64,000 nucleotides of DNA from Candidatus Bathyarchaeia archaeon (GCA_050013255.1 JBEKFP010000001.1:512001-576000), one strand, 5' to 3'. Positions 50,533-61,733 are shown, counted from the first letter of the stretch. A program made the numbers and translations. Notes: generated by a model from the sequence alone, not told the origin.

Positions 50533-50904
50533 GTGGCCAGGGCGAGGAAAATCAAGTTGAGAGAGGCAGAAACCTCGCCGACCATTGAACAGCTAACTCG
50601 CTCCCATATACGAATACCCGTCCTCGTTTACGAGCGCGAAAGAATCGCCCAGTATTTGCATTTCATCAAGCGGTATAGGAAAAGACTAGTTTTCGCTGGG
50701 AGATTGGAGGTGCTCGGAATCCTGCTTGTCGGATTCACCGGCTACATATACGTCTCAGGCACGAAGTACGGTTCTAAGGTCATCGACGGCCTCCTGAACA
50801 TCTTGGCCAGTGCGAAATTGGATGATTGCCTATATCAGATCGTGGATTGGCATCAGAAGAAAGGCCAACTTTTGGTCTTCGTCACAAGGGAATTCTATCG
50901 GTAA
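50533..50904 (+). CDS. Hypothetical protein
   Basis: 123-aa ORF with one hydrophobic segment. Confidence 0.35.
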   Translation: MARARKIKLREAETSPTIEQLTRSHIRIPVLVYERERIAQYLHFIKRYRKRLVFAGRLEVLGILLVGFTGYIYVSGTKYGSKVIDGLLNILASAKLDDCLYQIVDWHQKKGQLLVFVTREFYR

Positions 50905-51212
50905 CCTCACAGTAGTGTATAGAATATTCTAGACGTCTTTTCTTGCGGCGAACACGGTCTCGTGTTCTGTCTCCGCTCCATTTGCAACTGTCAAGGTTTA
51001 GCCTTCGCCCGTTAAAGCCAAACGCTTTAAGCGATTAGCGGGTAGGTTCGAGAGGGTTTCGTGGTAGAAGAAAAACCGGAAGCAAGCAACGACGAAATAG
51101 ACGACGAGTATTTGCCAGCTTGCTGCCGCAACGGTAAAGGGCACAGTCACCCTGTATAAGCGTTCTACGCCGAACTGGTTGTTTGCATTAGACCTGACGC
51201 TCTCGATCAACC

Positions 51213-51635
51213 TTAGACCGTATCTGGTTTAATTAGGGTGTAACACAAATTACCGTTCGCCAGGTTTGTAGCCTGTAACTTTAGTTTCATTCCAATGCTT
51301 ATCTGATCATCGGGAATCGTTTTGTCGATCCAAGCGAAGACTTTCGGGCCATCAGAGAGTTCTGCAAGGCCGAGGAAATAGGGCGCCTGATCTTTGAACA
51401 TGGATGGTGTTGCGTCGACCTTGGTGTAAGTAATGAGCACGCAGTTCCCAGTAAGTTCTTTCCATTCGAAGTTGCTCGAGAGGCACCTGACGCAGTGTGC
51501 TCGTGGTGGAAACTGAACACAACCACATTCTTTGCACTGGGTCCCAGAGATTTTTCCTTCCTGTAAGTAGTCAATGATTTTTGATATCCTAGTTTGACTG
51601 GTGTATGATACCCAACCGAACCTTTCGAAACCCAA
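51213..51635 (-). CDS. Zn-ribbon/OB-fold protein (DUF35 family)
   Basis: CKECG..FPPRAHCVRC; follows the thiolase. Confidence 0.88.
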   Translation of the reverse strand: MGFERFGWVSYTSQTRISKIIDYLQEGKISGTQCKECGCVQFPPRAHCVRCLSSNFEWKELTGNCVLITYTKVDATPSMFKDQAPYFLGLAELSDGPKVFAWIDKTIPDDQISIGMKLKLQATNLANGNLCYTLIKPDTV

Positions 51636-51660
51636 TTTTCTGTAGCCTCTGGACTTGAAA

Positions 51661-52815
51661 TTACTTAGCGCTGAGGATCGTGCAGACAGAGTACATTCCG
51701 ATGCCGCCAATGTTGTGAGCCAAACCTAACTTTGCTTTCGGGACTTGGTTGGAGCCACCTTCGTTGCGTAGTTGTTTAACTATTGAAATTATGTGTGAGG
51801 CCCCCGTTGCTCCCACGGGATGGCCTTTTGCTAGTAATCCTCCGTCCACATTCACGGGGATTTTTCCTCCCACGTAAGTTTGACCGTCTGCGATGAATTT
51901 CCCGCCTTCACCTTTTCTGCAGAATCCCAGATCCTCGTAGTTGATCACTTCGGCTGAGGTGAAACTATCATGCACTTCGGCGACATCGATGTCTCCAGCA
52001 TTTACTTTTGCCATTTTGTATGCTTGCCTGACAGCATGAACGCTGCATTCGAAACTGGCAAACTCATTCCGGCTTGTGAGCGACATTGGACTCGACGCTA
52101 GACCCAATCCAGTTATCCAGACAGGGGCATCCGTAATCTTCCGCGCCTTCTCCACGCCTGCTAGAATAATGCATGCGGCACCGTCTGCGTTGGCGCAGCA
52201 GTCATAGAGCTTAAGTGGGCTTGCAACGACGCGAGATTTCAAGACGTCTTCAACCGTGAGTTCTTTTTGGAACATGGCGTACGGATTCTTCGCACCATAT
52301 TTGTGGTTCTTAACTGAGACTAAGGCGAATTGTTCTTCCGTTGTCCCATACCTGTTCATGTGAGCCCGAGCGTGCATCGCGTAGTAGGCTGGCATCGTCG
52401 GACCAAAGGGGGACTCCCACATGACATCACCCGACCTGCTCATCACGTCCTGCACCTCGTCAGTATCGAGTTCAGTCATCTTCTGAAAACCAACAACTGC
52501 TACTACATCGTGCAAACCAGCTTGAATCATAGACCAACCGACTCTTACTCCCACGCCGGAGGATGCACAAGCGGCCTCAATGTGGAACGTTGGCTTCGGG
52601 TTGAGACCAACATACTCAGCCATTATTCCGCTGGGAGAACGTTGTTTATCGTAATGCGATCCCGAACAGACGATGATGGTTGAGATATCGTTTCTAGCTA
52701 TCCCAGCGTCGGAAAGGGCTTCCTTGAATGCGTCGGCCACAAGTTCCCGACTTGATGAATCGGATAGCTTGCCGAATTTAGTCTGCCCGACGCCAACAAT
52801 GCCTACTCTCATCAA
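51661..52815 (-). CDS. Archaeal thiolase (acetyl-CoA acetyltransferase family)
   Basis: EAACASSG, EVHDSF, GGLLAKGHPVGATG and HNIGG. Confidence 0.93.
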   Translation of the reverse strand: MMRVGIVGVGQTKFGKLSDSSSRELVADAFKEALSDAGIARNDISTIIVCSGSHYDKQRSPSGIMAEYVGLNPKPTFHIEAACASSGVGVRVGWSMIQAGLHDVVAVVGFQKMTELDTDEVQDVMSRSGDVMWESPFGPTMPAYYAMHARAHMNRYGTTEEQFALVSVKNHKYGAKNPYAMFQKELTVEDVLKSRVVASPLKLYDCCANADGAACIILAGVEKARKITDAPVWITGLGLASSPMSLTSRNEFASFECSVHAVRQAYKMAKVNAGDIDVAEVHDSFTSAEVINYEDLGFCRKGEGGKFIADGQTYVGGKIPVNVDGGLLAKGHPVGATGASHIISIVKQLRNEGGSNQVPKAKLGLAHNIGGIGMYSVCTILSAK

Positions 52816-52954
52816 CTTCGCCTTTACAAAGCTGCTTTAGTCAGGCCTAAGTAGGTAACTTATTGAGTTATCCTGAGTTAATCTCAAAAAGGCTAACAAC
52901 ATCTACATAGCCTAACTTGGAGTAGGTTACTGGAAAACTTGGAATAGGGCACCT

Positions 52955-53314
52955 TTGATAGTCACGGAAGAACCAGCAAAACAGAGAATCCTTGGAGCTT
53001 TAGCTGATGAGTATTCAAGGAAAATTCTCACCGCGACCATCGAGGATCCGATGAGCGCCCTTGAGCTGAGCAAGAAGTATGAGATACCCATAACAACAGT
53101 CTACCGCCGCATTGAAGAGTTAGTCGAAGCTGGGCTTCTGGCCGCGGTTAAATCAGGCCGTACGACTGATGGCAAGTGGTATGACCTCTATAGAAGCCTC
53201 CTAAAACGAATAGACGTAAGTTTCGAGAAAGGTGATGTCCGGATAGACGTAATAGTAAACGAACATGTATCGGACAGATTCACCCGCATGTGGAGTTCAA
53301 TCCCAACAATCTAA
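52955..53314 (+). CDS. ArsR-like winged-helix regulator
   Basis: ALADEYSRKIL..IPITTVYRRIEEL. Confidence 0.85.
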   Translation: MIVTEEPAKQRILGALADEYSRKILTATIEDPMSALELSKKYEIPITTVYRRIEELVEAGLLAAVKSGRTTDGKWYDLYRSLLKRIDVSFEKGDVRIDVIVNEHVSDRFTRMWSSIPTI

Positions 53315-53329
53315 CCGGGGCCTGACCGC

Positions 53330-53617
53330 TTGATCGAGCATACTCAACTATTTTGGACCGCATCAATAATGCGACTAGTCGCTCTCTTCCTCGGGGCGTT
53401 CATTGTCTATCTCGCTTACAGGGGCTACAAAAGAAATGCCAGCAAACCCTTGTTATACGTAGCGTTAGGTTTTGCACTCATCACTGCAGGTACCCTTCTT
53501 GAAGGGCTGATGTTTGTAATACTGGGCTCTGACATTCTTGCCGCAATTGCAATTGAAGGCGTTTTGACGGTCATGGGATTCGTAGCGATCATATACTCGA
53601 TCTACGCTGTGAAATGA
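53330..53617 (+). CDS. Three-TM membrane protein paired with the wHTH gene
   Basis: LAYRGYKR..LGFALI..GFVAIIYS. Confidence 0.7.
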   Translation: MIEHTQLFWTASIMRLVALFLGAFIVYLAYRGYKRNASKPLLYVALGFALITAGTLLEGLMFVILGSDILAAIAIEGVLTVMGFVAIIYSIYAVK

Positions 53618-53803
53618 AAGAGGACGCGTCCTCTAGTCTGCCGAGAAATACTCTGAAGCTTAATGTCAAGCCCAGTTCACAACTATACGTTCACGTAGGG
53701 CTGGATTGAAACCACGCAGAACCTATAGTCTACTTGCCCGTCTATATTCTACGTCCGGAGGAACAAAAAACAGCTCTACGGAACTCCTCGTGCTGGATTT
53801 GTT

Positions 53804-54976
53804 ATGCAAGCCATGAAGCCGATCTCGAGACGCGCCATAGATGTCTCATTGGAGCCCTTTAGGCTGGCCCTAGCTCTTCCTAAGGATGTCATTCGCCTGA
53901 GTGTTGGGGAGCCAGATTTCGATACGCCCGATTTCATTCGAGTTGCAGCCAAGAGATCTATCGACGAAGGGTTCACCCACTATGGTCCTGCTTCAGGTTA
54001 CGAAGACTTGAGAAAAGCAGTTGCTGAGAAACTTCGCCGAGAGAATCGCATCACTTACGATTACGAAAGAGAAATCGTCATTACACCTGGCTCATCATCA
54101 GGAATATTCCTCGCAATGCTTACCTTGCTTGATCCCGGAGACGAGGTTTTAGTTCCGGATCCGGCATGGTTCCACTATAGGACGCTCACCAGCCTCTGCG
54201 GAGCAAAGCCTGTAAGTATGCCGGTCAAGTTCGAGGATCACACTTCATCACTGGACTTGGAAGAAACCAAACGACGCGTAACTAGCAAAACCAAGATTCT
54301 GATCTTGAACAGCCCGAGTAATCCGACGGGCCTAATGCTGTCAGAGCAAGTGCTCAAAGAGGTTAGCGAGTTTGCAGAGGAGCACAACCTTTGGGTCATA
54401 TCGGATGAAGTCTATGAGAAGATCGTGTACGCTGGCAACACGCATGTAAGTCCGGCGTCTCTCCCGGGGTTGAAGGAACGCACTCTCACCAGCAATGGAT
54501 TCTCGAAGGCCTACTCAATGACAGGATGGCGGATTGGCTTCATGGCCGGTCCTCCCGAAATCATGGAAAAAGTAGCCGCATTGAACGGATACATCTTACT
54601 CGGCCCCAGCTCAGTATCACAACGTGCCGCGTTGATAGGTCTGACAGACCCAAGAATAAACGCCGCCATCAAAACGATGGTCGACCGTTTCGCAAAGAGA
54701 AGAGAAATGGTGCTAGAGGCACTCGAAGGCCTCCCAGGAATCAAGGCGTATCCCCCACAAGGAGCGTTCTACACATGGATTGACATCACCGGAACCGGCA
54801 TGTCCAGCGAGAACTTCTCCGCGAAACTAATCGAAAAAGAGAAGGTCGGGTTACTCCCAGGGCCTCTTTTCGGAGAACTAGGTAAAGGGCATGTGCGAAT
54901 AGCGTTCTCAACCGGAGAGGAAAAACTGAAAGAAGCTCTTGAAAGGTTCCGCAGGTTCGTCCTAGCCAACCGTTGA
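53804..54976 (+). CDS. PLP-dependent aminotransferase class I/II (AspC-like)
   Basis: GEPDF, NSPSNPTG, DEVY and GFSKAYSMTGWRIG. Confidence 0.94.
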   Translation: MQAMKPISRRAIDVSLEPFRLALALPKDVIRLSVGEPDFDTPDFIRVAAKRSIDEGFTHYGPASGYEDLRKAVAEKLRRENRITYDYEREIVITPGSSSGIFLAMLTLLDPGDEVLVPDPAWFHYRTLTSLCGAKPVSMPVKFEDHTSSLDLEETKRRVTSKTKILILNSPSNPTGLMLSEQVLKEVSEFAEEHNLWVISDEVYEKIVYAGNTHVSPASLPGLKERTLTSNGFSKAYSMTGWRIGFMAGPPEIMEKVAALNGYILLGPSSVSQRAALIGLTDPRINAAIKTMVDRFAKRREMVLEALEGLPGIKAYPPQGAFYTWIDITGTGMSSENFSAKLIEKEKVGLLPGPLFGELGKGHVRIAFSTGEEKLKEALERFRRFVLANR

Positions 54977-55193
54977 AGGTGTACCCACTCTCCATCTTTT
55001 ACGCCTGAAAACTCTACGGCTACAGGACAAGAAGCGGCAGCAAAATTGCACTGGATGATTTTGGACTTCGCAAGACGTTGAATCTTCAGATCTTTTGAGA
55101 CCGTCCAACGACGCGGATCGGCCTCAGTTGCGCTAACGGAGTTCGTCCGTGCAATAGATATAGCCGGCCCACTCTGCTAGCCCAGAAACCATA

Positions 55194-56069
55194 ATGACCG
55201 AAGCAAAATCGACCGAACGCAAGAAGCCAACCCTGCCCAGCCTATTCAAGAAAGTTGCAGATGGCGTACCCATCACTTGGCTGACCTGTTACGACTACCC
55301 TACCGCCTACTTCCAGGAACAGGCCGGCGTGGACATGATCCTAGTGGGAGATAGTTTGGCAATGACCATGCTAGGATACGACAGCACCCTGCCAGCCACG
55401 ATGGACGATATGATCCGCCACACGCAGGCCGTACGCCGCGGGGCGCCGAACACTTTTGTCGTGGGCGATATGCCTTACATGAGTTATCAACCCAGCGTCG
55501 AAACTGCTATCCGAAACGCTGGTCGCTTCATGGCCGAGGCTGGCTGCGATGCTATCAAGTTGGAGGGAGGCGTCGAAATGTGTGATCGAATTCGCGGCAT
55601 TGTTGACGCTGGTATCCCTGCTATGGGCCATCTGGGATTGACTCCGCAGAGCGCGAGCGCGTTAGGCGGCTTCCGAGTACAAGGGAAAGGAGCAGAACAG
55701 GCTAAGCGCATCATAGACAGCGCCAAAGCGCTGGAGAAAGCTGGCGCCTTCACGATCCTGCTCGAAATGGTTCCCGACCGAGTATGTGAATTGATCACTA
55801 AGCGAGCTGAGAACTGCATAATCATGAGCCTAGGATCCGGTCCGCATGCCCATGGTCAGCTCCTCATCTACCACGACTTGTTCGGCCTCTACCCGAAGTT
55901 CAAGCCGCGCATGGCCAAAGTCTATGGCAATGCTGGAGAAGTCATTTTGAAGGGGCTAAAGCAATATGTGCAAGAAGTCACTACCCGCACTTTCCCGCAA
56001 CCCGAGAATTACTTTACCATCCAAGACCAAGAGTACGACAGGTTACTGAAAATGCTGAAACCACAGTGA
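55194..56069 (+). CDS. panB: 3-methyl-2-oxobutanoate hydroxymethyltransferase
   Basis: LTCYD, ILVGDSL, GDMP, KLEGG and GHLGLTPQ. Confidence 0.92.
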   Translation: MTEAKSTERKKPTLPSLFKKVADGVPITWLTCYDYPTAYFQEQAGVDMILVGDSLAMTMLGYDSTLPATMDDMIRHTQAVRRGAPNTFVVGDMPYMSYQPSVETAIRNAGRFMAEAGCDAIKLEGGVEMCDRIRGIVDAGIPAMGHLGLTPQSASALGGFRVQGKGAEQAKRIIDSAKALEKAGAFTILLEMVPDRVCELITKRAENCIIMSLGSGPHAHGQLLIYHDLFGLYPKFKPRMAKVYGNAGEVILKGLKQYVQEVTTRTFPQPENYFTIQDQEYDRLLKMLKPQ

Positions 56070-56360
56070 TATCCACGGCGCAGTAGGTCAAACCGGCCTC
56101 TTGCTCCAGTAGGCCTGTTCGCTATGATATCGGTTCTGCATTCGCTTCCTGCCTCAAGCGGGTCGCTCTTCCGATTTTAGAGAATTCCGTTGCTTCAAAT
56201 AGATTGCCGCGGAGACTGACAAGGGGGAGGCCCATCTGTTTGGGTGCCACGTGTCAAAACTAGAGGTTTGCTGTTTCTTACTCGTGCACAAACAGATAGT
56301 GCGCTCGCGTTAGACTTTTCCGTAGTAATGGCGGGTCGGAGCTGTCCAGATTGAAGACGG

Positions 56361-57050
56361 CTAGGAGAATATCACAGCTAACGCTCTGACTGGACTAGCC
56401 GAACCGCCGACCAATCGGAGCGGCGCGCCAACGAAGAGGAAGTCTCTGTTCAGTAACTTGTCGAGGTTGTTCAGGTTTTCATAGACGGCTATTTCTTTAG
56501 GCAGCAGAATTCTGTGAGCTGGAAAACCGGACAGTTGTCCAGTTGCGGATATTTCTCCGTGATCTGGGCTGGGGGCATCGAAGCCAATCGCATTCACATT
56601 CTTCTCTGCGATGAACTTGGCCGCCCCTTCGTCAAGCTCTGGATGCTTCAGCCATTCGGGCGAACCTGCCTTGGCCGTATATCCCGTGTAAAACAGCATC
56701 GCCCAACCAGGCCCTACGTCCTTCTTCCCCACGGACCGAAGCGCATTGACAAGATCTGCCGCGGTGATTACGTAATTCGCCTCCTTTTTGGAGAAGTCCA
56801 AGACGACCCCATTGCTCACGTAGCGGGAAATAGGGACCTTGTCAATAGTCAGCCCGTCCAGTAAGAAATGGGCTGGTGAATCCACATGTGTGCTCGTGTG
56901 TTCAACAAATGACCAAACATACGAGCGATATCCGTTCTCTTGAATTGTTGTAAATGCGGATCGAAGTGGCTGCGGGTATCCTGGGAACACAGGGGTAGAG
57001 AGACTCTCCATGGGGCATGAAAGGTCTAATACTTCTAATACTTTGATCAT
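56361..57050 (-). CDS. Cyclase family metal hydrolase (KynB-like)
   Basis: HTSTHVDSPAHF, DAPSPD, ENL and GSASPVRA. Confidence 0.9.
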   Translation of the reverse strand: MIKVLEVLDLSCPMESLSTPVFPGYPQPLRSAFTTIQENGYRSYVWSFVEHTSTHVDSPAHFLLDGLTIDKVPISRYVSNGVVLDFSKKEANYVITAADLVNALRSVGKKDVGPGWAMLFYTGYTAKAGSPEWLKHPELDEGAAKFIAEKNVNAIGFDAPSPDHGEISATGQLSGFPAHRILLPKEIAVYENLNNLDKLLNRDFLFVGAPLRLVGGSASPVRALAVIFS

Positions 57051-57539
57051 TCGGAAATCAAATCTGCTTTCCGAACGTTGCGCAGTTAAGTTCTTCTACT
57101 ATAGTGTTCTTACTCTCATTATGAAATAGGTCCAAGACACGCGCAGCTCTCTCATGTCCTGAGATGACCTGCGGGATGTTCTTATCAACGATTTTCACGT
57201 TTTGAGTTGTGAAAGAACCCGCTGATAACACAACCGTGATTCCTTACGGCTCTTTGAGCCGCTACTTATATTGAAAGGGTATGGGATGTTGGTCCCAGCC
57301 CTAAACTAGCTTGAACAGGATACTGGAGGTTCTGGTAACTCATGATCAATGTTGAGTCAAGATACTGCGATCGCTCGTATAGAGAGCCGATGAGACATAT
57401 TGGTCGATTAAGATGTCGAGTTGGAAGTGTATAGTCTAATTGTCGGTCTATAATCTAATTTCGTATACCTAAAACCAGGTCATGTATGCAAGTTACAAAT
57501 CACATGTGCTTAACTGCATTTTGCGAGATGACGATGGTC

Positions 57540-58676
57540 ATGCATCTTGAGGAAGTTGAAAACTCACCATCTCTCGAGATGGTTAACCTAGTGCTGGCAA
57601 GAATCGCGAAAGGCGAAAAGGTCGTTAGCCTTGCAATAGGAGAACCTTCATTCAACACTCCGGCCGAGATAGTCGAAGTGGCTTGCCAGGCCATTCGGTC
57701 CGGAGACATTCACTATACTTCTTCTTATGGCACCATGGAAGTCAGAGAGGCGATCAAGAGAAAAGTTGCTAAGAAGAATGGAATTCACGCTGACATCCCT
57801 AATACGATATTCTGCACAACCAAGTATTCAGTTTTCGCGACTCTTGCAGCCGCCTCCAATAAGGCATATGACGCATTGCTACCTAACCCTGGATATTTCT
57901 ATTGGGAACCTGTAGTGCTCTCTGGCGGGCGGCCGATATTCTACACGCTGAAGAAAGATTTCTCACTCGACATTGACGAGATCAAGAAAAAAGCCACGCC
58001 AAGAACTAAGGTTATACTCGTTAACTCGCCATCAAACCCAACCGGCAAAGTGCTAAAACGAGATGAGCTCGAGGAACTTTACGAGTTTTGTAATGATCGA
58101 AAGATCTTCATCATCAGCGATGAAGCCTATGAAGATCTCATCTACGAAGGACAACATTTCTGCGTTGGTTCGCTTGAACCAAAACCCGAAACCGTGATAT
58201 CACTGTTCAGTCTGTCGAAGAGCTATTCGATGACCGGTTGGCGGGCGGGCTATGTTGTGGCGAACGAACGCATTATCTACTTGATCAACAAATTCCTCGA
58301 GAATACAGTTACGTGTTTTCCGCCATTCATCCAAAAGGCCTCGGCATACGCACTGGACTACGGCGACAAGTACATCTCGGAATTCCGAACAGAGCTGGGA
58401 AGTAGAAAGAGACTTTTGGAAAGGAAAATTGCCGAAATTGAGGCATTGGAACCCTCCGTGGGCGAGGGGGCATTCTACGCATTCCCTAGATACACCGTGA
58501 AAATGCCCTCTCGCGAACTCGTCAAAGTGCTCCTGGATAGGTATGGTGTCGCGGTCTTGGCGGGCGCAAGCTTTGGCGACGCTGGCGAATACCACTTGAG
58601 GTTCTCATTCTCAATGGCCCCGGAAACCATCGAAGAAGGCATGGATAAAGTGAGGACTTTCTTCAAAGAACGTTAG
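57540..58676 (+). CDS. PLP-dependent aminotransferase class I/II
   Basis: GEPSF, NSPSNPTG, DEAY and SLSKSYSMTGWRAG. Confidence 0.93.
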   Translation: MHLEEVENSPSLEMVNLVLARIAKGEKVVSLAIGEPSFNTPAEIVEVACQAIRSGDIHYTSSYGTMEVREAIKRKVAKKNGIHADIPNTIFCTTKYSVFATLAAASNKAYDALLPNPGYFYWEPVVLSGGRPIFYTLKKDFSLDIDEIKKKATPRTKVILVNSPSNPTGKVLKRDELEELYEFCNDRKIFIISDEAYEDLIYEGQHFCVGSLEPKPETVISLFSLSKSYSMTGWRAGYVVANERIIYLINKFLENTVTCFPPFIQKASAYALDYGDKYISEFRTELGSRKRLLERKIAEIEALEPSVGEGAFYAFPRYTVKMPSRELVKVLLDRYGVAVLAGASFGDAGEYHLRFSFSMAPETIEEGMDKVRTFFKER

Positions 58677-58854
58677 ATTCCGCAGATTTGTCCGACCACA
58701 CACCAACGGAATCCTCTGACGAATACCAAGATACCGAGACCATCGCAGTGGGCAAATCAAAGGTGGTGTAAGTTTCACTTTGTATATACTTGCCACTCGG
58801 CTCCGGTATCTATAAACATGAAACTCTTAACGCCAACGAAGAACCTCCCCGCCA

Positions 58855-59646
58855 GTGACAGTTTTGAAGGATCTCAGAGCAATGTGGAGACAGGGAACGC
58901 CAGCATTTGGTCCATTCGTACAGCTGAACTCGCCCGGGATCTGCGAGATTCTGGGCCACGCCGGGTTCGATTATTGCATCATAGATTTGGAACACGGCGT
59001 CATACATGTCGACACCGCAGAAAACATGGTCAGAGCTTCAATCGCAGCGGGAATAGTCCCTATAGTCCGAGTAGCGTTCAACAGACCCGAATTGATCGGC
59101 CAGGCACTAAATATCGGGGCAAGTGGCGTGCACATACCCCATATTTCGACCCTTGAGGAAGCTGAGCAAGCCGTCTTCGCGAGCAAGTTCTTTCCTCTTG
59201 GCGGGCGCGGAGTCTGCCCTTTCGTTCGAGCGGCAAGATATTCGGCAGACAAGACGATTTACTACAACAAAGCCAACACGGAAACGATGGTAATCGTCGC
59301 AATCGAGGGCACTGAAGGCATCGAGAATCTAGGGAAAATTCTCAAAGTAAAAGGAATTGATGTTGTCTTCGTCGGTCCGTACGACCTCTCACAATCATTG
59401 GGCGTCCCGGGTCGGGTCACGCACCAGAAGGTGATCGAAAAAGTCCGAGAAATCGCCACCATGTCGAAGAAAGCCGGCATTGCGGTAGGTCTTTTCGTAG
59501 AGACACCGGAAGCAGCGATGGAATGGGTCAAACAAGGAGTTCTCTATGTCTCATTAGATGTAGATGCTGCAATACTTCTGAAGGCGAGCATGAACTATAT
59601 GAAATTGGTCCGAGAAATTGCGCCCGCTTCTGCGGGAGAGAGGTGA
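58855..59646 (+). CDS. HpcH/HpaI aldolase family protein
   Basis: IDLEHG, IVRV, AIE and FVGPYDLS. Confidence 0.92.
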   Translation: MTVLKDLRAMWRQGTPAFGPFVQLNSPGICEILGHAGFDYCIIDLEHGVIHVDTAENMVRASIAAGIVPIVRVAFNRPELIGQALNIGASGVHIPHISTLEEAEQAVFASKFFPLGGRGVCPFVRAARYSADKTIYYNKANTETMVIVAIEGTEGIENLGKILKVKGIDVVFVGPYDLSQSLGVPGRVTHQKVIEKVREIATMSKKAGIAVGLFVETPEAAMEWVKQGVLYVSLDVDAAILLKASMNYMKLVREIAPASAGER

Positions 59647-59653
59647 AAGGGTC

Positions 59654-60433
59654 ATGAAAGATCTACGTTCGATGATGAATTCTGGCAAGGCATGCATAGG
59701 CCTCTTTGCCGTAACTGCGAGCCCAGCCATGGTTGAAGCGATAGGCTATAGCGGATTCGATTTCGTGATCATAGACTGCGAGCATGCAGCACTGAGTTCC
59801 TGGGGAGCGGATCTGGAAGAATGCGTACGAGCAGCATATGCTGCTGACATAACCCCTCTCGTTAGAGTCACTGAAAACGACAAAGGAATGGTGTTAAAAG
59901 CATTCAACTTTGGAGCAAAAGGAGTCATAGCACCGCACGTTAATACAAAGGAAGACGCGGAAAGGTTAGTTCGGTCGTCAAGGTTCGCTCCCGAGGGAAG
60001 ACGATCTGCCGCTCCGCCTGTCCGAGCAGCGAAATACGGATTTACACCGTTCCCACAGTTTCTGAAACAACAAAACAAAGATAATTTGGTTATCCCGCTC
60101 ATCGAGGAGAAAGAAGCATTGCAGGAACTGAAAAGTATCATAGAGGTCAAGGGCATCGATGTACTCTTCTATGGGCCATTCGACATGTCCGTAACAATGG
60201 GGCTGGAGGGAAACATGGTTCACCCCACTATTTGGAAGGGACTTGATGACGCCGTTAAGCTGTGCAAACCCAAAGGCATTCCCGTGGCGAATCTGTGTTG
60301 GGACATCGAGTCGGCCGCAGAATCAATTAAGAGAGGCGCTCTAATGATCGCTCTGAGCGTGGACATGGTTATTTTCCGCCAAGGCCTGCAGGCAATGACA
60401 GCTCGAGTGGAGAAGGAACTTAGAAAGCTCTGA
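59654..60433 (+). CDS. HpcH/HpaI aldolase family protein
   Basis: IDCEH, LVRV, LIE and FYGPFDMS. Confidence 0.92.
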   Translation: MKDLRSMMNSGKACIGLFAVTASPAMVEAIGYSGFDFVIIDCEHAALSSWGADLEECVRAAYAADITPLVRVTENDKGMVLKAFNFGAKGVIAPHVNTKEDAERLVRSSRFAPEGRRSAAPPVRAAKYGFTPFPQFLKQQNKDNLVIPLIEEKEALQELKSIIEVKGIDVLFYGPFDMSVTMGLEGNMVHPTIWKGLDDAVKLCKPKGIPVANLCWDIESAAESIKRGALMIALSVDMVIFRQGLQAMTARVEKELRKL

Positions 60434-60454
60434 GATTGACGCTTCTCCACTTCT

Positions 60455-60480
60455 ATTTTTCTCTTTTTTTCTTCTCTTTC
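60455..60480 (+). terminator. Oligo-T terminator
   Basis: T-rich tract after the aldolase pair. Confidence 0.45.
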
Positions 60481-60648
60481 CTGAAGTAAGTCATCTCAGT
60501 TCGATAACTGATATGAGAAACAAAGACATCCTCCGGGACGTTTGCTGCCATCGCTCCAAGGCATCCAATGATCTTTCGCATACTACGGTGACGAACCTAA
60601 TTGCCGACAGTCTGACTTTCTTTTCCTTCAAAGACCTCGTTAGATCTT

Positions 60649-61602
60649 CTAACCCTCCGTGAAAACGTAATTGTCGACCTTCTTGTCTGATAGATTCAGT
60701 ATAAGTCCTCGAAGAATCCCTGTCACATATTCACTTCCTGGGTTGAAGCAGACACTCCGGCCGACCTTCGACAGACCCCTCGACTCGTGGATGTGACCGT
60801 GCAGACCGGCCAGCGGTTGAAGTTTCTCAATCATTTGTCTTACAGCAGTTGACCCAACATGGGCCATATCTGGCTCGCCTCCAGGAGTGAGCACTGGCCT
60901 TAGATCCTTGTCAAGCTTGGGCGCTACATCAATTTGGGTATCATGGGGCGGACAATGGAAGTTGAAAAGGCTAGTACCGGGATCTGACAAACCCAAGGTT
61001 GCTTTCTCAAGTTTTTCAGCCAATTCCTCTTCAGAAACGTCGCCGGGGCAATTCCAAGGGGTCATATTGGTGTACCCAACGCTTGGCATCTCATGCTTAT
61101 CGTCGATCGATATGATCTTCCCCTCTGGATAGATCACGTAGTCAGACTCGCCAAGCACGTCTCTTGCGGCTTGTAGGTCATCGTTACCCGCATTGAAAAT
61201 GGCCTTTACTCCGATTGGTTTCAGTCGTTCTTCTGCCAATTCCATCCAACGTCGAACGCTGTCTGTCATGACTTGAACGAAGACGCCTTCCATTTTTGCT
61301 TCACTCCCCCGAAGCCCCTCCCATTCACTCTTTGTTGTACGGAAAGGGTAACTGCCCAATGCTCGAATTTCTCGCTCGAGACTATCCAGCTCTTGCTCTG
61401 TCGCTGCGGTCCTGACACTCCCGACGTACTCCGCTTTCCAAGACCCATTTTCTGCCATGACCGGCGTTATCGTTTTGCCTGTTATGTCGCCACCACAGAT
61501 TAGCACATTTGCCTTGTACACCTTAGCTGCGTTCAGGAACTTGAGAAGGAGTCTTTCGGACCCGTGAATATCAGTTACGAAAAAAACTCTAGTGTTTGTC
61601 AA
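60649..61602 (-). CDS. Metallophosphoesterase (Icc-related), paralog of 47136-48092
   Basis: TDIHG, GGDITGK, GNDD, HCPP, HGHIHE and NPGSEY. Confidence 0.9.
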   Translation of the reverse strand: MTNTRVFFVTDIHGSERLLLKFLNAAKVYKANVLICGGDITGKTITPVMAENGSWKAEYVGSVRTAATEQELDSLEREIRALGSYPFRTTKSEWEGLRGSEAKMEGVFVQVMTDSVRRWMELAEERLKPIGVKAIFNAGNDDLQAARDVLGESDYVIYPEGKIISIDDKHEMPSVGYTNMTPWNCPGDVSEEELAEKLEKATLGLSDPGTSLFNFHCPPHDTQIDVAPKLDKDLRPVLTPGGEPDMAHVGSTAVRQMIEKLQPLAGLHGHIHESRGLSKVGRSVCFNPGSEYVTGILRGLILNLSDKKVDNYVFTEG

Positions 61603-61733
61603 CGTGCTCTCAACTTTTCGTGGGGTTTAACAAGTGTCAGAATATATGCTTGCGTTTACCTATTGTATATACGCCTGATATTGTATAGAGGCTTCACATA
61701 AATCCTGTAGGCTAGACGGTTCCGCTGATAAAA

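Noticed and set aside
52850-52931. AGTAGGT(A/T)ACT repeats in the thiolase/wHTH divergent promoter
   Set aside because: A plausible but ordinary operator, and too weak to call.
57100-57420. Possible decayed coding sequence in a long intergenic gap
   Set aside because: Multiple stops and no convincing family motif.
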